Shown: positions 38,414-47,572 of the stretch, in pieces
Layout of the letters: each line of letters starts with the position of its first letter
Position numbering within the stretch: position 1 is the stretch's first letter
From: an uncultured virus (IMG/VR IMGVR_UViG_3300008262_000099)
Taxonomy: Duplodnaviria; Heunggongvirae; Uroviricota; Caudoviricetes
Reading direction: 5' to 3' (one strand)
Virus record (IMG/VR): IMGVR_UViG_3300008262_000099
Length of the DNA: 64,000 nucleotides
The notes under the pieces: generated by a model
The model's database searches: none
Told to the model about the DNA's origin: nothing
What the model saw: the letters and a program-made list of their open reading frames with translations, nothing else
Made by a program: the position numbers and the translations under genes

Positions 38414-40447
38414 TTGTTTTCATTTAAGTTAACCGAAGACTTTGTTAATGGATATAGAGGAAAGTCAGTACCTTGGGGCTATAAAGATGCCGCAGGTAAC
38501 TCGGTGGGAGAGATAACCTTTTTAAGAACATACTCAAGATTAAAAACAGACGGAACCAAAGAAACATGGGTAGACGTTTGTGAGCGAGTCATCAACGGTA
38601 TGTATTCTCTCCAGAAAGAGCATGCCAAAACTAATCGTCTTCCGTGGAATGACGCTAAGGCTCAAGCATCGGCTAAAGAAGCATTTGACCGTTTGTGGAA
38701 CTTAAAGTGGACTCCACCGGGACGTGGACTATGGGTAATGGGAACACCCATAGTAAATCAATACCGAAACTCTGCCGCGCTTCAGAACTGCGCATTCGTG
38801 TCTACCCTATCTATGACGAAAGTCGATCCATCTAGACCATTTGCATTTTTAATGGAAGCATCAATGCTTGGAGTTGGTGTGGGGTTTGACGACAAAGGAG
38901 CGGATAAGGACTTTACAATCTACGCCCCTAAGCAAGGAGAACAATATGTCGTATCAGACACCAGAGAAGGATGGGTTGAGTCAGTCAGCCTCCTTATCAA
39001 TTCCTACCTCAGACCAGATTCGTCGGCTCCAGTATTTGATTACAAAGAGATTCGCCCAGCGGGAACGCCAATTAAGACTTTTGGCGGAACAGCGGCGGGA
39101 CACGAACCGTTAGAAAAACTACATAACTATATCCACAGTATATTTAATGGAAGAGCCGGTGAAAAACTCACTCGCAAAGATATTGCTGATATTGGTAATC
39201 TAATTGGCGTTTGCGTCGTTAGCGGTAACGTACGTCGTAGCGCTGAACTTCTTATTGGTCGTATTGACGACCCTGATTTTCTCAACTTAAAGAATGCAGA
39301 AGTTTATCCAGAACGTAATAGCTATGATCCGGCTAAACCGGGTTGGGCATGGATGTCTAATAACTCTGTGGAAGTCTCTGTAGGACAAGACTTATCTCCC
39401 ATCATTGATGGTATTGCTCGTAACGGTGAGCCAGGTGTAGTCTGGATGGACGTAACTAGACAATATGGTCGTTTATCAGACCCAATCAACAATAAAGACT
39501 GGAGAGCAGCAGGCTATAACCCTTGTGCCGAACAGTCTTTAGAATCTTTTGAATGCTGTACATTGGTAGAAACGTACCTAAATCGTCACGAGAGTTTAGA
39601 AGACTTTAAGAGAACCCTTAAGTTTGCGTATCTCTATGCTAAGACCGTAACTCTACTCCCTACTCACTGGGAAGAGACAAATGCAATTATGCAGCGCAAT
39701 CGTCGTATTGGAACATCTATAAGTGGAGTCGCCAACTTTGCGGACAATAAAGGTTTACCGGAGCTCAGATCCTGGATGGATGCGGGATATGAAGTAATTA
39801 AGAACTATGATCAATCATATTCAGAATGGTTAGGTATCCGAGAGTCAATTAAAATGACCACGGTTAAGCCGTCAGGAACAGTCAGTATTTTAGCAGGAGA
39901 ATCTCCGGGAGTTCACTGGCCAGTAGGTGGAAAGTACTTCTTAAGAGCCATAAGATTTGCCAACTCAGACCCTATGCTCCCACTATTTAAGATGGCAATG
40001 TATAGGGTTGAGCCCGCATCAGAATCACCAGACACAACGTCCGTTGTATTCTTCCCAATTGAGTCAAATGCAGTCAGGTCAGAGAAAGAAGTCTCTATCT
40101 ATGAGAAAATTGGATTAGCGGCTACAGCCCAAAGGCATTGGTCTGATAACTCGGTATCTGTAACTATCAGCTTTGACCCCGAAACTGAAAGTAATCACAT
40201 AGGCACAGTATTGCATATGTACGATGGCCAGCTGAAGACAGTCTCGTTCCTCCCGTCAGGTAATTCTGTATACCCACAGATGCCTTATACTCAAATTACA
40301 AAAGAAGAGTATGATGAAGCAACTATGACATTATTTCCTATAGACTTTGCGGGAGTATATGCTGGCATGGCGGCAGACGCCGTTGGTGAAGCATACTGCA
40401 CCACAGATGCTTGCGAAGTAAAACTAATCAAAGATAATACAAAATAA
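38414..40447 (+). CDS. nrdJ: Class II (B12-dependent) ribonucleotide reductase, monomeric RTPR type
   Basis: RTYSR, PPGRGLW, NCAF, GNVRRSA, NPCAEQ.L, TVKPSGTVS, C-terminal CTTDAC. Confidence 0.95.
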   Translation: MFSFKLTEDFVNGYRGKSVPWGYKDAAGNSVGEITFLRTYSRLKTDGTKETWVDVCERVINGMYSLQKEHAKTNRLPWNDAKAQASAKEAFDRLWNLKWTPPGRGLWVMGTPIVNQYRNSAALQNCAFVSTLSMTKVDPSRPFAFLMEASMLGVGVGFDDKGADKDFTIYAPKQGEQYVVSDTREGWVESVSLLINSYLRPDSSAPVFDYKEIRPAGTPIKTFGGTAAGHEPLEKLHNYIHSIFNGRAGEKLTRKDIADIGNLIGVCVVSGNVRRSAELLIGRIDDPDFLNLKNAEVYPERNSYDPAKPGWAWMSNNSVEVSVGQDLSPIIDGIARNGEPGVVWMDVTRQYGRLSDPINNKDWRAAGYNPCAEQSLESFECCTLVETYLNRHESLEDFKRTLKFAYLYAKTVTLLPTHWEETNAIMQRNRRIGTSISGVANFADNKGLPELRSWMDAGYEVIKNYDQSYSEWLGIRESIKMTTVKPSGTVSILAGESPGVHWPVGGKYFLRAIRFANSDPMLPLFKMAMYRVEPASESPDTTSVVFFPIESNAVRSEKEVSIYEKIGLAATAQRHWSDNSVSVTISFDPETESNHIGTVLHMYDGQLKTVSFLPSGNSVYPQMPYTQITKEEYDEATMTLFPIDFAGVYAGMAADAVGEAYCTTDACEVKLIKDNTK

Positions 40448-40458
40448 GGAGAGAGCAC

Positions 40459-40596
40459 ATGCAAGAAGATAACCTAGATCCAGATCTATTTGAAGATGAA
40501 TTTGAAGATGAATGGCCTGATGAATTAGGGGATATTGAAGATTTAGAAGATTTGGAAGACTTAGAAGACGAGTTTGAAGAGTTCCATAAAGACTAG
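40459..40596 (+). CDS. Hyper-acidic 45-aa peptide (not in ORF track)
   Basis: SD AAGGAGA; MQEDNLDPDLFEDEFEDEWPDELGDIEDLEDLEDLEDEFEEFHKD. Confidence 0.7.
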   Translation: MQEDNLDPDLFEDEFEDEWPDELGDIEDLEDLEDLEDEFEEFHKD

Positions 40597-40620
40597 GCAA
40601 AAATCGCCAACACAAACATT

Positions 40621-40645
40621 AGCCCCCGCCATAAAGGCGGGGGCT
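40621..40645. terminator. Terminator between convergent blocks
   Basis: AGCCCCCGCC-ATAAA-GGCGGGGGCT followed by AT-rich sequence. Confidence 0.8.
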
Positions 40646-40678
40646 TAATTATTTAGACAGGGCTATCAGGAGAAGATT

Positions 40679-40780
40679 TTAGTTTTGGCATTCACAGGTT
40701 TCAATAGAGTAATCTCCATCGGGGGATGTCCAACCAGTGTAGCCTTTCCCGTAGCACAGTGTGCATTCTGTTTTAGTCAT
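40679..40780 (-). CDS. 33-aa Cys-rich peptide (not in ORF track)
   Basis: By hand: MTKTECTLCYGKGY...CECQN. Confidence 0.45.
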   Translation of the reverse strand: MTKTECTLCYGKGYTGWTSPDGDYSIETCECQN

Positions 40781-40782
40781 GG

Positions 40783-41064
40783 TTATGCCGCCACTGAGTA
40801 AGTCATATCACCTGCGAAATACGTAGGCTTACCTTTCTCGTCTACAACACTTCCTAAAAGCTTGATGCTCTTTCTAGGTGTAGATGTAGAGATGATAGAT
40901 TTGATATGGCGTTTAGCAGCAGACGCATTTTTCCATGCTGTCATATTTACTGAGACTGTGGTATCTGTTTCATCTAGAAACAGGATTTCACATAACCATG
41001 CGCCACCTTTTTCAAGATTTTGGCGTAGGTTTACTTTGACACGTTGTTTTACTTTTCGTGGCAT
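40783..41064 (-). CDS. Hypothetical protein
   Basis: SD AGGA, 93 aa. Confidence 0.55.
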   Translation of the reverse strand: MPRKVKQRVKVNLRQNLEKGGAWLCEILFLDETDTTVSVNMTAWKNASAAKRHIKSIISTSTPRKSIKLLGSVVDEKGKPTYFAGDMTYSVAA

Positions 41065-41078
41065 TGTGTTTCCTATTC

Positions 41079-41327
41079 TTATCCGAGTTTATTACTGTTA
41101 TATCCTACATGCTTTAGGTCACGTAGGATGTTTTTTGAGGCTCTCCAATCACCAAGTGAAGCAGCGCCAAAGAAGACAATTTTACCCGTCTTTGGATTAC
41201 GCACTCTAACGTGCTGCTTACCTTTGGTTCTGGATACCTCGAGACCCGCATCTTCAAGAGCTTTAACTAGCTTTTGGATATGCTTGTCTCTAACTTGCAT
41301 ATACAGCATGTTCCTATCTCCCTTCAT
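41079..41327 (-). CDS. HicA-like (dsRBD-fold) protein
   Basis: LEDAGLEVSRTKGKQH...D.R..KN..RDL. Confidence 0.65.
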   Translation of the reverse strand: MKGDRNMLYMQVRDKHIQKLVKALEDAGLEVSRTKGKQHVRVRNPKTGKIVFFGAASLGDWRASKNILRDLKHVGYNSNKLG

Positions 41328-41361
41328 ACTGCTGTATACTAGCGGAGTAAGCTCTAATAGG

Positions 41362-41613
41362 CTACTCTCCGTCTAGAACCTCCGGTGCTCCCGGAGGTTT
41401 TACTTCTTGTACCGGATTGAGTTTAACGTCATATACGTAGCTAAACTCGCCCGGTCTTTTAAGGTCATTGATGTTTATCCACCTACCTTGATTACGATCA
41501 TAGATCTCAAGGGAATACTCCCAGTTATCTTTGTTGGTGGGGTCATCAACGCGCCATTTTGCAACTTGCATATGAAATGATACAACTATGTTGTAGTACA
41601 TTTCTTTATCCAT
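41362..41613 (-). CDS. Hypothetical protein
   Basis: SD GAAAGG. Confidence 0.5.
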   Translation of the reverse strand: MDKEMYYNIVVSFHMQVAKWRVDDPTNKDNWEYSLEIYDRNQGRWININDLKRPGEFSYVYDVKLNPVQEVKPPGAPEVLDGE

Positions 41614-41631
41614 GGCTACCCCTTTCTGTTG

Positions 41632-42282
41632 TTATCTTAACTTACTAGCCATTGCTTCTAGCCTTGCTTTCATAGCATGGTGTTGAATTTTGGCCGCTTC
41701 TACATAACTTCCCACCTCCTCATAATTTTCTTCATCTGGAAACCACGTGAACACGTCCTCCTCACTTGGAGGATCTACATAGTTCATTTGGCCACTTGGA
41801 GATGAGAAGTTTCCCTCCTTAACTGCTCGCCCTTTGGTATACATGACGTATCCGGCAAAATCTGAACCGGGTTCATCATAGGCGACGTAAATGTTTGTGT
41901 TGGGCCACCTTGCAGCCAACACTTCATACACCGGCAAGGGTGGAGCCCACGCAGATTCAAACTGAATACGAACAGTTCTATTCTGATTTAATAACGGATT
42001 GTTCTTGCCGTTATCGTAGACAATATTTGCATCTACATTCCATTTAGTCCCCCAATTGAGATTAGACCAGTCATACCAGTCTTTAGCTCCGTAGAGTTTC
42101 ATGTTAGTAGATGCGGCATCTTCATCACGTTCAGGCGCTGACTGACCACGCAATGCATTTGGCATTGCTATGACCTTATCAAGACTGAATGCGGTCCCGC
42201 TATCCTCTACTGAATCTAGAAGTTGTTGGACCTCTCCAGGCTCGCCCTGAATGATGACAGTATTACTGCACCAATTAGGCAT
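41632..42282 (-). CDS. DUF1281/YubB ferredoxin-like protein
   Basis: MPNWCSN, WYDW...NWGTKW, FESAWAPP, YDEPG. Confidence 0.8.
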   Translation of the reverse strand: MPNWCSNTVIIQGEPGEVQQLLDSVEDSGTAFSLDKVIAMPNALRGQSAPERDEDAASTNMKLYGAKDWYDWSNLNWGTKWNVDANIVYDNGKNNPLLNQNRTVRIQFESAWAPPLPVYEVLAARWPNTNIYVAYDEPGSDFAGYVMYTKGRAVKEGNFSSPSGQMNYVDPPSEEDVFTWFPDEENYEEVGSYVEAAKIQHHAMKARLEAMASKLR

Positions 42283-42316
42283 CAATCTCCTCTTTCTTTT
42301 CTTCTTGATATTGGTT

Positions 42317-42775
42317 TCATTTACCTTTTCCCTTCTTTTGTGTTATTGCCAGAGTTCCATCTGGCTTGGGCCATTTATACGGCAGGTTATCTCGCACTCG
42401 AAACCGATACCAAATCGGATCTTTACGTTTGAGATTAGATCGGTGAGATTTATGGAACTCATTGTTGTTCCACCACCACGGTGGCTCCCACCCTTCTAGG
42501 TCAAACTTTGCATATATATCTTGAAGCTGACCTTGAACATTATCGACGAAGCCCCGTTGTCTCCATTCCATGCACATAGCATTTGTGTATAGATATAGAT
42601 AACCTTCGTGACCTCGCCACATAACCGCAGCCGGATGATTTCTCCAGCCTTTAGTTAGTCCTAAGTTTGCTCTGAGTATCTGCAGTGCTTCAACTCGTTG
42701 CTTACCTAATCGTTTGTTGTCTAGAGCCTTAGCTGATCTTTCCATGTCAGGCCAAGGTAAGAATGTGTTTACCAA
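42317..42775 (-). CDS. Pyrimidine-dimer DNA glycosylase-like (MSMEG_6728/DenV-related)
   Basis: TFLP...LD.KRLGKQRVEA.QI, NHPA..MWRG, SHRSNL.RKD. Confidence 0.85.
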   Translation of the reverse strand: MVNTFLPWPDMERSAKALDNKRLGKQRVEALQILRANLGLTKGWRNHPAAVMWRGHEGYLYLYTNAMCMEWRQRGFVDNVQGQLQDIYAKFDLEGWEPPWWWNNNEFHKSHRSNLKRKDPIWYRFRVRDNLPYKWPKPDGTLAITQKKGKGK

Positions 42776-42939
42776 TCGATACTCACCTCATCCTTATGCT
42801 GGACAGATACTCCTGTTGGAGTTCTAAACACAATGTAATCAGGATGTAAAGTTTCAATCTTTTTCTTTACACCTACGAAGTCTAAACTCTTATCATTAAT
42901 AATAGCTTGGACTTCTTCCATATTTGCAAGGTTAATCAT
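42769..42939 (-). CDS. Hypothetical 56-aa protein (not in ORF track)
   Basis: SD GGAGG; MINLANMEEVQ...EVSIDW. Confidence 0.55.
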   Translation of the reverse strand: MINLANMEEVQAIINDKSLDFVGVKKKIETLHPDYIVFRTPTGVSVQHKDEVSIDW

Positions 42940-43093
42940 TATTCACCTCCAACCCTAACATTGGTAGTAGGTCTTCTTGTTTATGTTTGATGAAGAGTTT
43001 AACAACTGTTTTTTTATCCTCTTCATAACGTGCATCCTCCTGTTCTTTGAACCGGTATGCTGTCATGTATAGTTCCTGCTTTGGTATAGCCAT
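42932..43093 (-). CDS. Hypothetical 53-aa protein (not in ORF track)
   Basis: SD AGGAGG; MAIPKQELY...LEVNND. Confidence 0.55.
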   Translation of the reverse strand: MAIPKQELYMTAYRFKEQEDARYEEDKKTVVKLFIKHKQEDLLPMLGLEVNND

Positions 43094-43317
43094 TAGTTAG
43101 CCTCCTGGGTAGAAAATAGCGAACCGTCATAGGCGTTGTCAAGAGCCCAGTCTTGTGGGTCTGACACAGGTTCGATGGTTAGTTCGGAAACATTGCCATC
43201 AATCAGTATGTCTGATGCATGTAGCACGAACATTTGGGCATCATCGTGTGAATTGAAGGGACCGATTATGGTCTCTGTCACAGCATCCCAAACTACGCAC
43301 ATAGTTTCTGCGCACAT
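43093..43317 (-). CDS. Hypothetical protein
   Basis: SD GAAAGGAG; IGPF motif. Confidence 0.55.
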   Translation of the reverse strand: MCAETMCVVWDAVTETIIGPFNSHDDAQMFVLHASDILIDGNVSELTIEPVSDPQDWALDNAYDGSLFSTQEAN

Positions 43318-43329
43318 AGTTACTCCTTT

Positions 43330-45294
43330 CTACCGTCTACGAGAACGCTTTTTGATAGCACCAACTACCACCGCTTTGGCAAACGATAGTAACTCGCCAG
43401 CATGAGAGATACGACCAAAGATTTCTGTTCTGTGGGCTACCTTCTTCATATCCTTGTTGCTGTAGTGATTATCAAATGATTTAGCGTCCATGATTAGGAC
43501 AAGCGAAGTAAGAATACCTCGCTTAGAGATGCGTTCAATCAAATCATCATTAGGGTCGTGGTTAAACTCACCGTCAGTAATTATGAACAGCATCTTATTC
43601 TTCTTGCGTGAGGACATGAGTAATTGTTCTGCCTCAAGCAATGCGGTATAGGGATTAGTTCCGCCGTCACCGTATATAAACTTATACTGGAGACGATCGG
43701 CTTTCTCCGCTCTGTTGTAGGCAACTTCGTTTTGATCATCAAAGGCATACACAGTAACTGGTGCGCCTATGTGTTCTAACGCTCGCTTAATAGTCCAACA
43801 CGCTATAGATGCCTTTCTATCATTGCTTTGGAATGACATAGAGCCTGACCTGTCAACACAGATAACAGCCTCGATGTCACATCCATCATCGCCTTCATCC
43901 CATCTATCAAACGCTACGTCGGGTTCACACCCAGCCATAACTCGTTTGAAGTTTAATTTGCCAGAGGGAGTTTCTCTAATCCATGATGGTTCGGATTCAT
44001 CACGCAAGCGTTGTAGTTCTTTCGCAAACTTGCGATAACTTACTATTGCTTCTGCAGGAATCTGAGTCCTATCAAACTTGCCTCGTTTACTTTGATCTTC
44101 ATACCTACCATCGCCACCAACAATTACTTTTTGTTTGGCTTTGATGTCAGATATAACATCTTTGTTGTTCAAAGTATCAAAGACAATATCATCTAGCATG
44201 TTTCCAATGTGATTAGGAACACCACCTACGCTGGGAGTATGACCAACACCAATGTCTGGTGGTGTATCTAGATTACTCTCGCGTATATCTAGTGCTTCAT
44301 CTTGAGTGCGGTGGTTTGTAATGTTTTTTCCACCACCACTACCTCCATCATCGTCTTGTGGTTTATCTTGCTTACCACTAGGCTTTTGATTACCGGCTCC
44401 TTTTACTTTTGGTTTGTAGGTGTAAGGAGATTCTCCTACGCCTTGACCTTTAGCTCGAGCAGCATCACGTTCCTGTGCTTTGCCAGGTTCTGGTCTTCCT
44501 TTAGCCATGGGAGCACGACCCCCACAGCCTGTAGGACCACCGAGAGTGCATCCACCATCTTCTGGATTGTAGTTGTATGCACTAACTTGTGCTCTAATTT
44601 GGTCCAGTATTCCTGTTGGTTGTAGAACATAGTCATTGAATTGTTGAATCAATTCTTTGGCTCGTTCATAATCTCGAGGAAATACTAACAGCCGATACTC
44701 ATCAATGATTCTAGCCAATGTAGGTATTAGTTCTGGAAAAGCAAACTCATCTCGATATGCTTCTCGAACTTCTACCGGCAAGTATCTGCGACCACGTATC
44801 GCCAAATAGGTTCCAGAGACATCTGATTCATCTTCTGAAAGCCAGCGAGCACAGGTAGATGATAGGTATGGAATAACAGATGGGTAGCGAGCAGTAAATA
44901 GGGTCTCGATTCGTTGATCCTCGAGAATATTCATGCTCTCCATAAGTTGATTTTCTATAACCCATTTCACCATTTCTGTGCCTTTGCGAGGCGTATACAG
45001 TTGATGACAAAGCTCATGGTAGTTGAGGCCGGTAACTTGTGTCAATGTTTCCAAGTCCATGTCTTGAATCTCGGAAGCATTAAATGTGATTGTTGCACCG
45101 TCAGACCAGGCTGGAGCCGGGCCTTGATTTACAACATTCACAACAATCGGATCGCCAGTTAGAACACGATCTGCTTGTTCATACACACGACATAGAGTTC
45201 CTAGTTGTAGTGCACGTTCCTGCAAATCTTCATCCCTAGCCTCCTTGATATACCAAGAGTTTTCTTCATCTCTCAGTCCATCAATCAATGGCAT
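43330..45294 (-). CDS. VWA-domain protein with N-terminal HExxH (CobT-like partner)
   Basis: YHELCH...NILEDQRIE; MIDAS DRSGSM, GGT, ITDG. Confidence 0.85.
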   Translation of the reverse strand: MPLIDGLRDEENSWYIKEARDEDLQERALQLGTLCRVYEQADRVLTGDPIVVNVVNQGPAPAWSDGATITFNASEIQDMDLETLTQVTGLNYHELCHQLYTPRKGTEMVKWVIENQLMESMNILEDQRIETLFTARYPSVIPYLSSTCARWLSEDESDVSGTYLAIRGRRYLPVEVREAYRDEFAFPELIPTLARIIDEYRLLVFPRDYERAKELIQQFNDYVLQPTGILDQIRAQVSAYNYNPEDGGCTLGGPTGCGGRAPMAKGRPEPGKAQERDAARAKGQGVGESPYTYKPKVKGAGNQKPSGKQDKPQDDDGGSGGGKNITNHRTQDEALDIRESNLDTPPDIGVGHTPSVGGVPNHIGNMLDDIVFDTLNNKDVISDIKAKQKVIVGGDGRYEDQSKRGKFDRTQIPAEAIVSYRKFAKELQRLRDESEPSWIRETPSGKLNFKRVMAGCEPDVAFDRWDEGDDGCDIEAVICVDRSGSMSFQSNDRKASIACWTIKRALEHIGAPVTVYAFDDQNEVAYNRAEKADRLQYKFIYGDGGTNPYTALLEAEQLLMSSRKKNKMLFIITDGEFNHDPNDDLIERISKRGILTSLVLIMDAKSFDNHYSNKDMKKVAHRTEIFGRISHAGELLSFAKAVVVGAIKKRSRRR

Positions 45295-45305
45295 GTTTAT
45301 CCTTT

Positions 45306-46712
45306 CTAAACAGAAGTTGGGACAAAACCATTAACCCACTGTTCAAGTTCTTGTTCAGGAGTTAACGATTCTTCAGGCTGTGTAACAGTGACAGGCACTT
45401 CTATACCGAAGTCAGTCTTAATGTTGTGTTCGTGAGTTTGGAAGATAAGGCGAACTGACGCTGCTTCTTCTGGGGAAAAGTGAGCGATGAAGTTTTCAAC
45501 TGCAAACTCATAACTCAAGTCACCCACGAACTGAACGAACTCAATCAACATATTGGTTGAGATTGGGGTTTCGTATTGACCTTTAGCAGCTTCAACGCGA
45601 AGTTGCTTAGCAAGATTCAACAGAGACTTGGAACTAACCAATTTAGACTCGACCTTGTCATCGTAATCCCAAGGAATTTGGATATCAAAGCGATTACGAA
45701 ACGCGAAGTTGAGCGGTGTAGTGCCGATATAATCTGGATTCATTGTTGCAAAGATAGTCAAGTCTTTATGAGCCTTGATTACTTCACCCATGTGATCTAG
45801 TAGTGATATCGAACGCTGTCCTGCCAACAATGTGTATAGAGTTGTGTAGATTTTAGGGTTGATGAAGTTGACCTCGTCGAGGAGCAACACACCACCGTTG
45901 CGAATAACATCGGTGACTGGACCATCAATCCAAACCCACTTGCCATCAATCTGAGTCATTTTGCCAAACATTTGGCTTGGCTCCAATGATGCATTGCCAG
46001 ATACCAACGCAAGTCTGAGCATACGTTCAGCAGCCCAAGCTTCGACAGATGTTGTCTTGCCGGGACCTGTTGGACCGTATAGAAGCACGTTGATGTTGTT
46101 AGAACGGGCATAGTCGTAGATAGCAAAGTCTTCTTTGCCAAATACCTGCCTATGCACATACTTTTTAGCCAACTCCATTGGTGGCACGACTGCTAGCGCA
46201 ACATACGCTGGTGTCGGTGTTACCACAGGTGTTGATTCGATTGGCGTGGCGATTGTTTGTGTTGGCACAGCCCCCATTGCCACCGGAACTACAGAGCCAG
46301 CTTGACGACGATTATCGAGAACATAGTCATCGAGTGAATCATCGCGCTCGCTTACTTGTGAGTAAATATCCGGAAGGATATTACTCAAAGTATCTGTAGA
46401 TAGTGTTGCTTTGGTATGAGCCTGACACGCTTTAGTGCCCAAGACAGGGGAATAACCCTTGTCAGTCATAGCACGCTCATCAGCAGGCGTAACATATACG
46501 CCGACTGGAGTTCGTGTAAGTTGCTCGGCTGTGCCGATCTGTCCCACGAGTGTGTCGTATTCAGTTTCCTCCCATTTATTGTGAGGACCCTTAGTCCCAT
46601 CAGTGACCCGTGTATAGATTCGTACGAGCTCGCCATGTGGCGTAACAAGAACTTGACGGCGTTTCGTTCCCATTATTGGCTCGTAGGATTCTGTGAATAT
46701 AGCGATATCCAT
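45306..46712 (-). CDS. MoxR/CbbQ/CobS-type AAA+ ATPase
   Basis: GPTGPGKT, W.DGP, LLLDEVN, ATMNP.Y.GT..LN.A..NRF. Confidence 0.9.
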   Translation of the reverse strand: MDIAIFTESYEPIMGTKRRQVLVTPHGELVRIYTRVTDGTKGPHNKWEETEYDTLVGQIGTAEQLTRTPVGVYVTPADERAMTDKGYSPVLGTKACQAHTKATLSTDTLSNILPDIYSQVSERDDSLDDYVLDNRRQAGSVVPVAMGAVPTQTIATPIESTPVVTPTPAYVALAVVPPMELAKKYVHRQVFGKEDFAIYDYARSNNINVLLYGPTGPGKTTSVEAWAAERMLRLALVSGNASLEPSQMFGKMTQIDGKWVWIDGPVTDVIRNGGVLLLDEVNFINPKIYTTLYTLLAGQRSISLLDHMGEVIKAHKDLTIFATMNPDYIGTTPLNFAFRNRFDIQIPWDYDDKVESKLVSSKSLLNLAKQLRVEAAKGQYETPISTNMLIEFVQFVGDLSYEFAVENFIAHFSPEEAASVRLIFQTHEHNIKTDFGIEVPVTVTQPEESLTPEQELEQWVNGFVPTSV

Positions 46713-46797
46713 TTCCTACCCCTTCTCGGTATGTGGATTCGTTGCTGTAAGCAATTTGCTTACAGTCTCCGGCACCGTGCCGGAAATCTATGTGCAA

Positions 46798-47260
46798 GAG
46801 AACAGAGGGCGTGGGGTATAAATACATGCCGATAGGCCTATCAACTTAGCTTCATCGGTGATGAAGAACCGTGCGCCTTCGCATTAACCTTCAATGCGGA
46901 AAGGACTGGCTGCGATAATTTTAGTCGGATTTCCCCATGTATCAGGGAACCCACGCTCGCCTCTGTCTCCTGTGTAAGGTGGGTGCATATGCTAACCACC
47001 TGTTGTTTTGTATGAGTTACGCACGAAGGAGGGGGAGACTTGAGCGCTACTTAGCATCACAACCTCTGCGACTTTTGGACAAGACAACTGCATGTTCGTT
47101 AGCACACTCTCCTTTAGGGAGTCATTTGGATAGTTCCACGTGGTGTATCGAAACAAGGTCTTGGGTTCACCTCTGGTCCGTTCATCTATAGATTAGGTTG
47201 ATTTTAGCTGTTGGGGCAAGGGTCTCAGTAACCTCGAGTGCTTCTCGTCATACATAACCC
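46798..47260. ncRNA. Candidate structured non-coding RNA
   Basis: No credible ORF; long-range stem 46798-46815 / 46950-46969 enclosing several hairpins. Confidence 0.5.
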
Positions 47261-47263
47261 TAT

Positions 47264-47560
47264 TTAGAATGGGTCGGGGAATTCTTCCGCAAGAACTGAT
47301 CGTCTCAGTTCAAGGGGCAACTCTTCTGGGTGACGAAGGGCTATCGTTATACCCATCATGTTGGCAATGTGGAACGTAACGCAGATAACACAGGCGGGAA
47401 TCATTTCCTTGTGCTCTCTATCGCCGTAATTATCTCGTAAATGAGACATTACTATTCTGGCTGTGTCCACCAATGAACTGCAGTCATCGTGTTCACAATT
47501 TCCTTCATCTTTATTGTTATTGATGAAGTCGTCCATGTTGTACTTATCAAAGTATGACAT
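47264..47560 (-). CDS. Hypothetical Cys-containing protein
   Basis: SD GAAAGG. Confidence 0.5.
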   Translation of the reverse strand: MSYFDKYNMDDFINNNKDEGNCEHDDCSSLVDTARIVMSHLRDNYGDREHKEMIPACVICVTFHIANMMGITIALRHPEELPLELRRSVLAEEFPDPF

Positions 47561-47572
47561 GGTTCTACCTTT

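Noticed and set aside
38414..40447. Intein or intron in RNR (also considered for PolA, DnaB, RecA, terminase)
   Set aside because: Proteins are of ordinary length with contiguous motifs; no intein splice signature seen
46416..47191. Plus-strand ORFs 46416-46835 and 46937-47191
   Set aside because: No SD, implausible composition, and they overlap the AAA+ gene or the structured non-coding block
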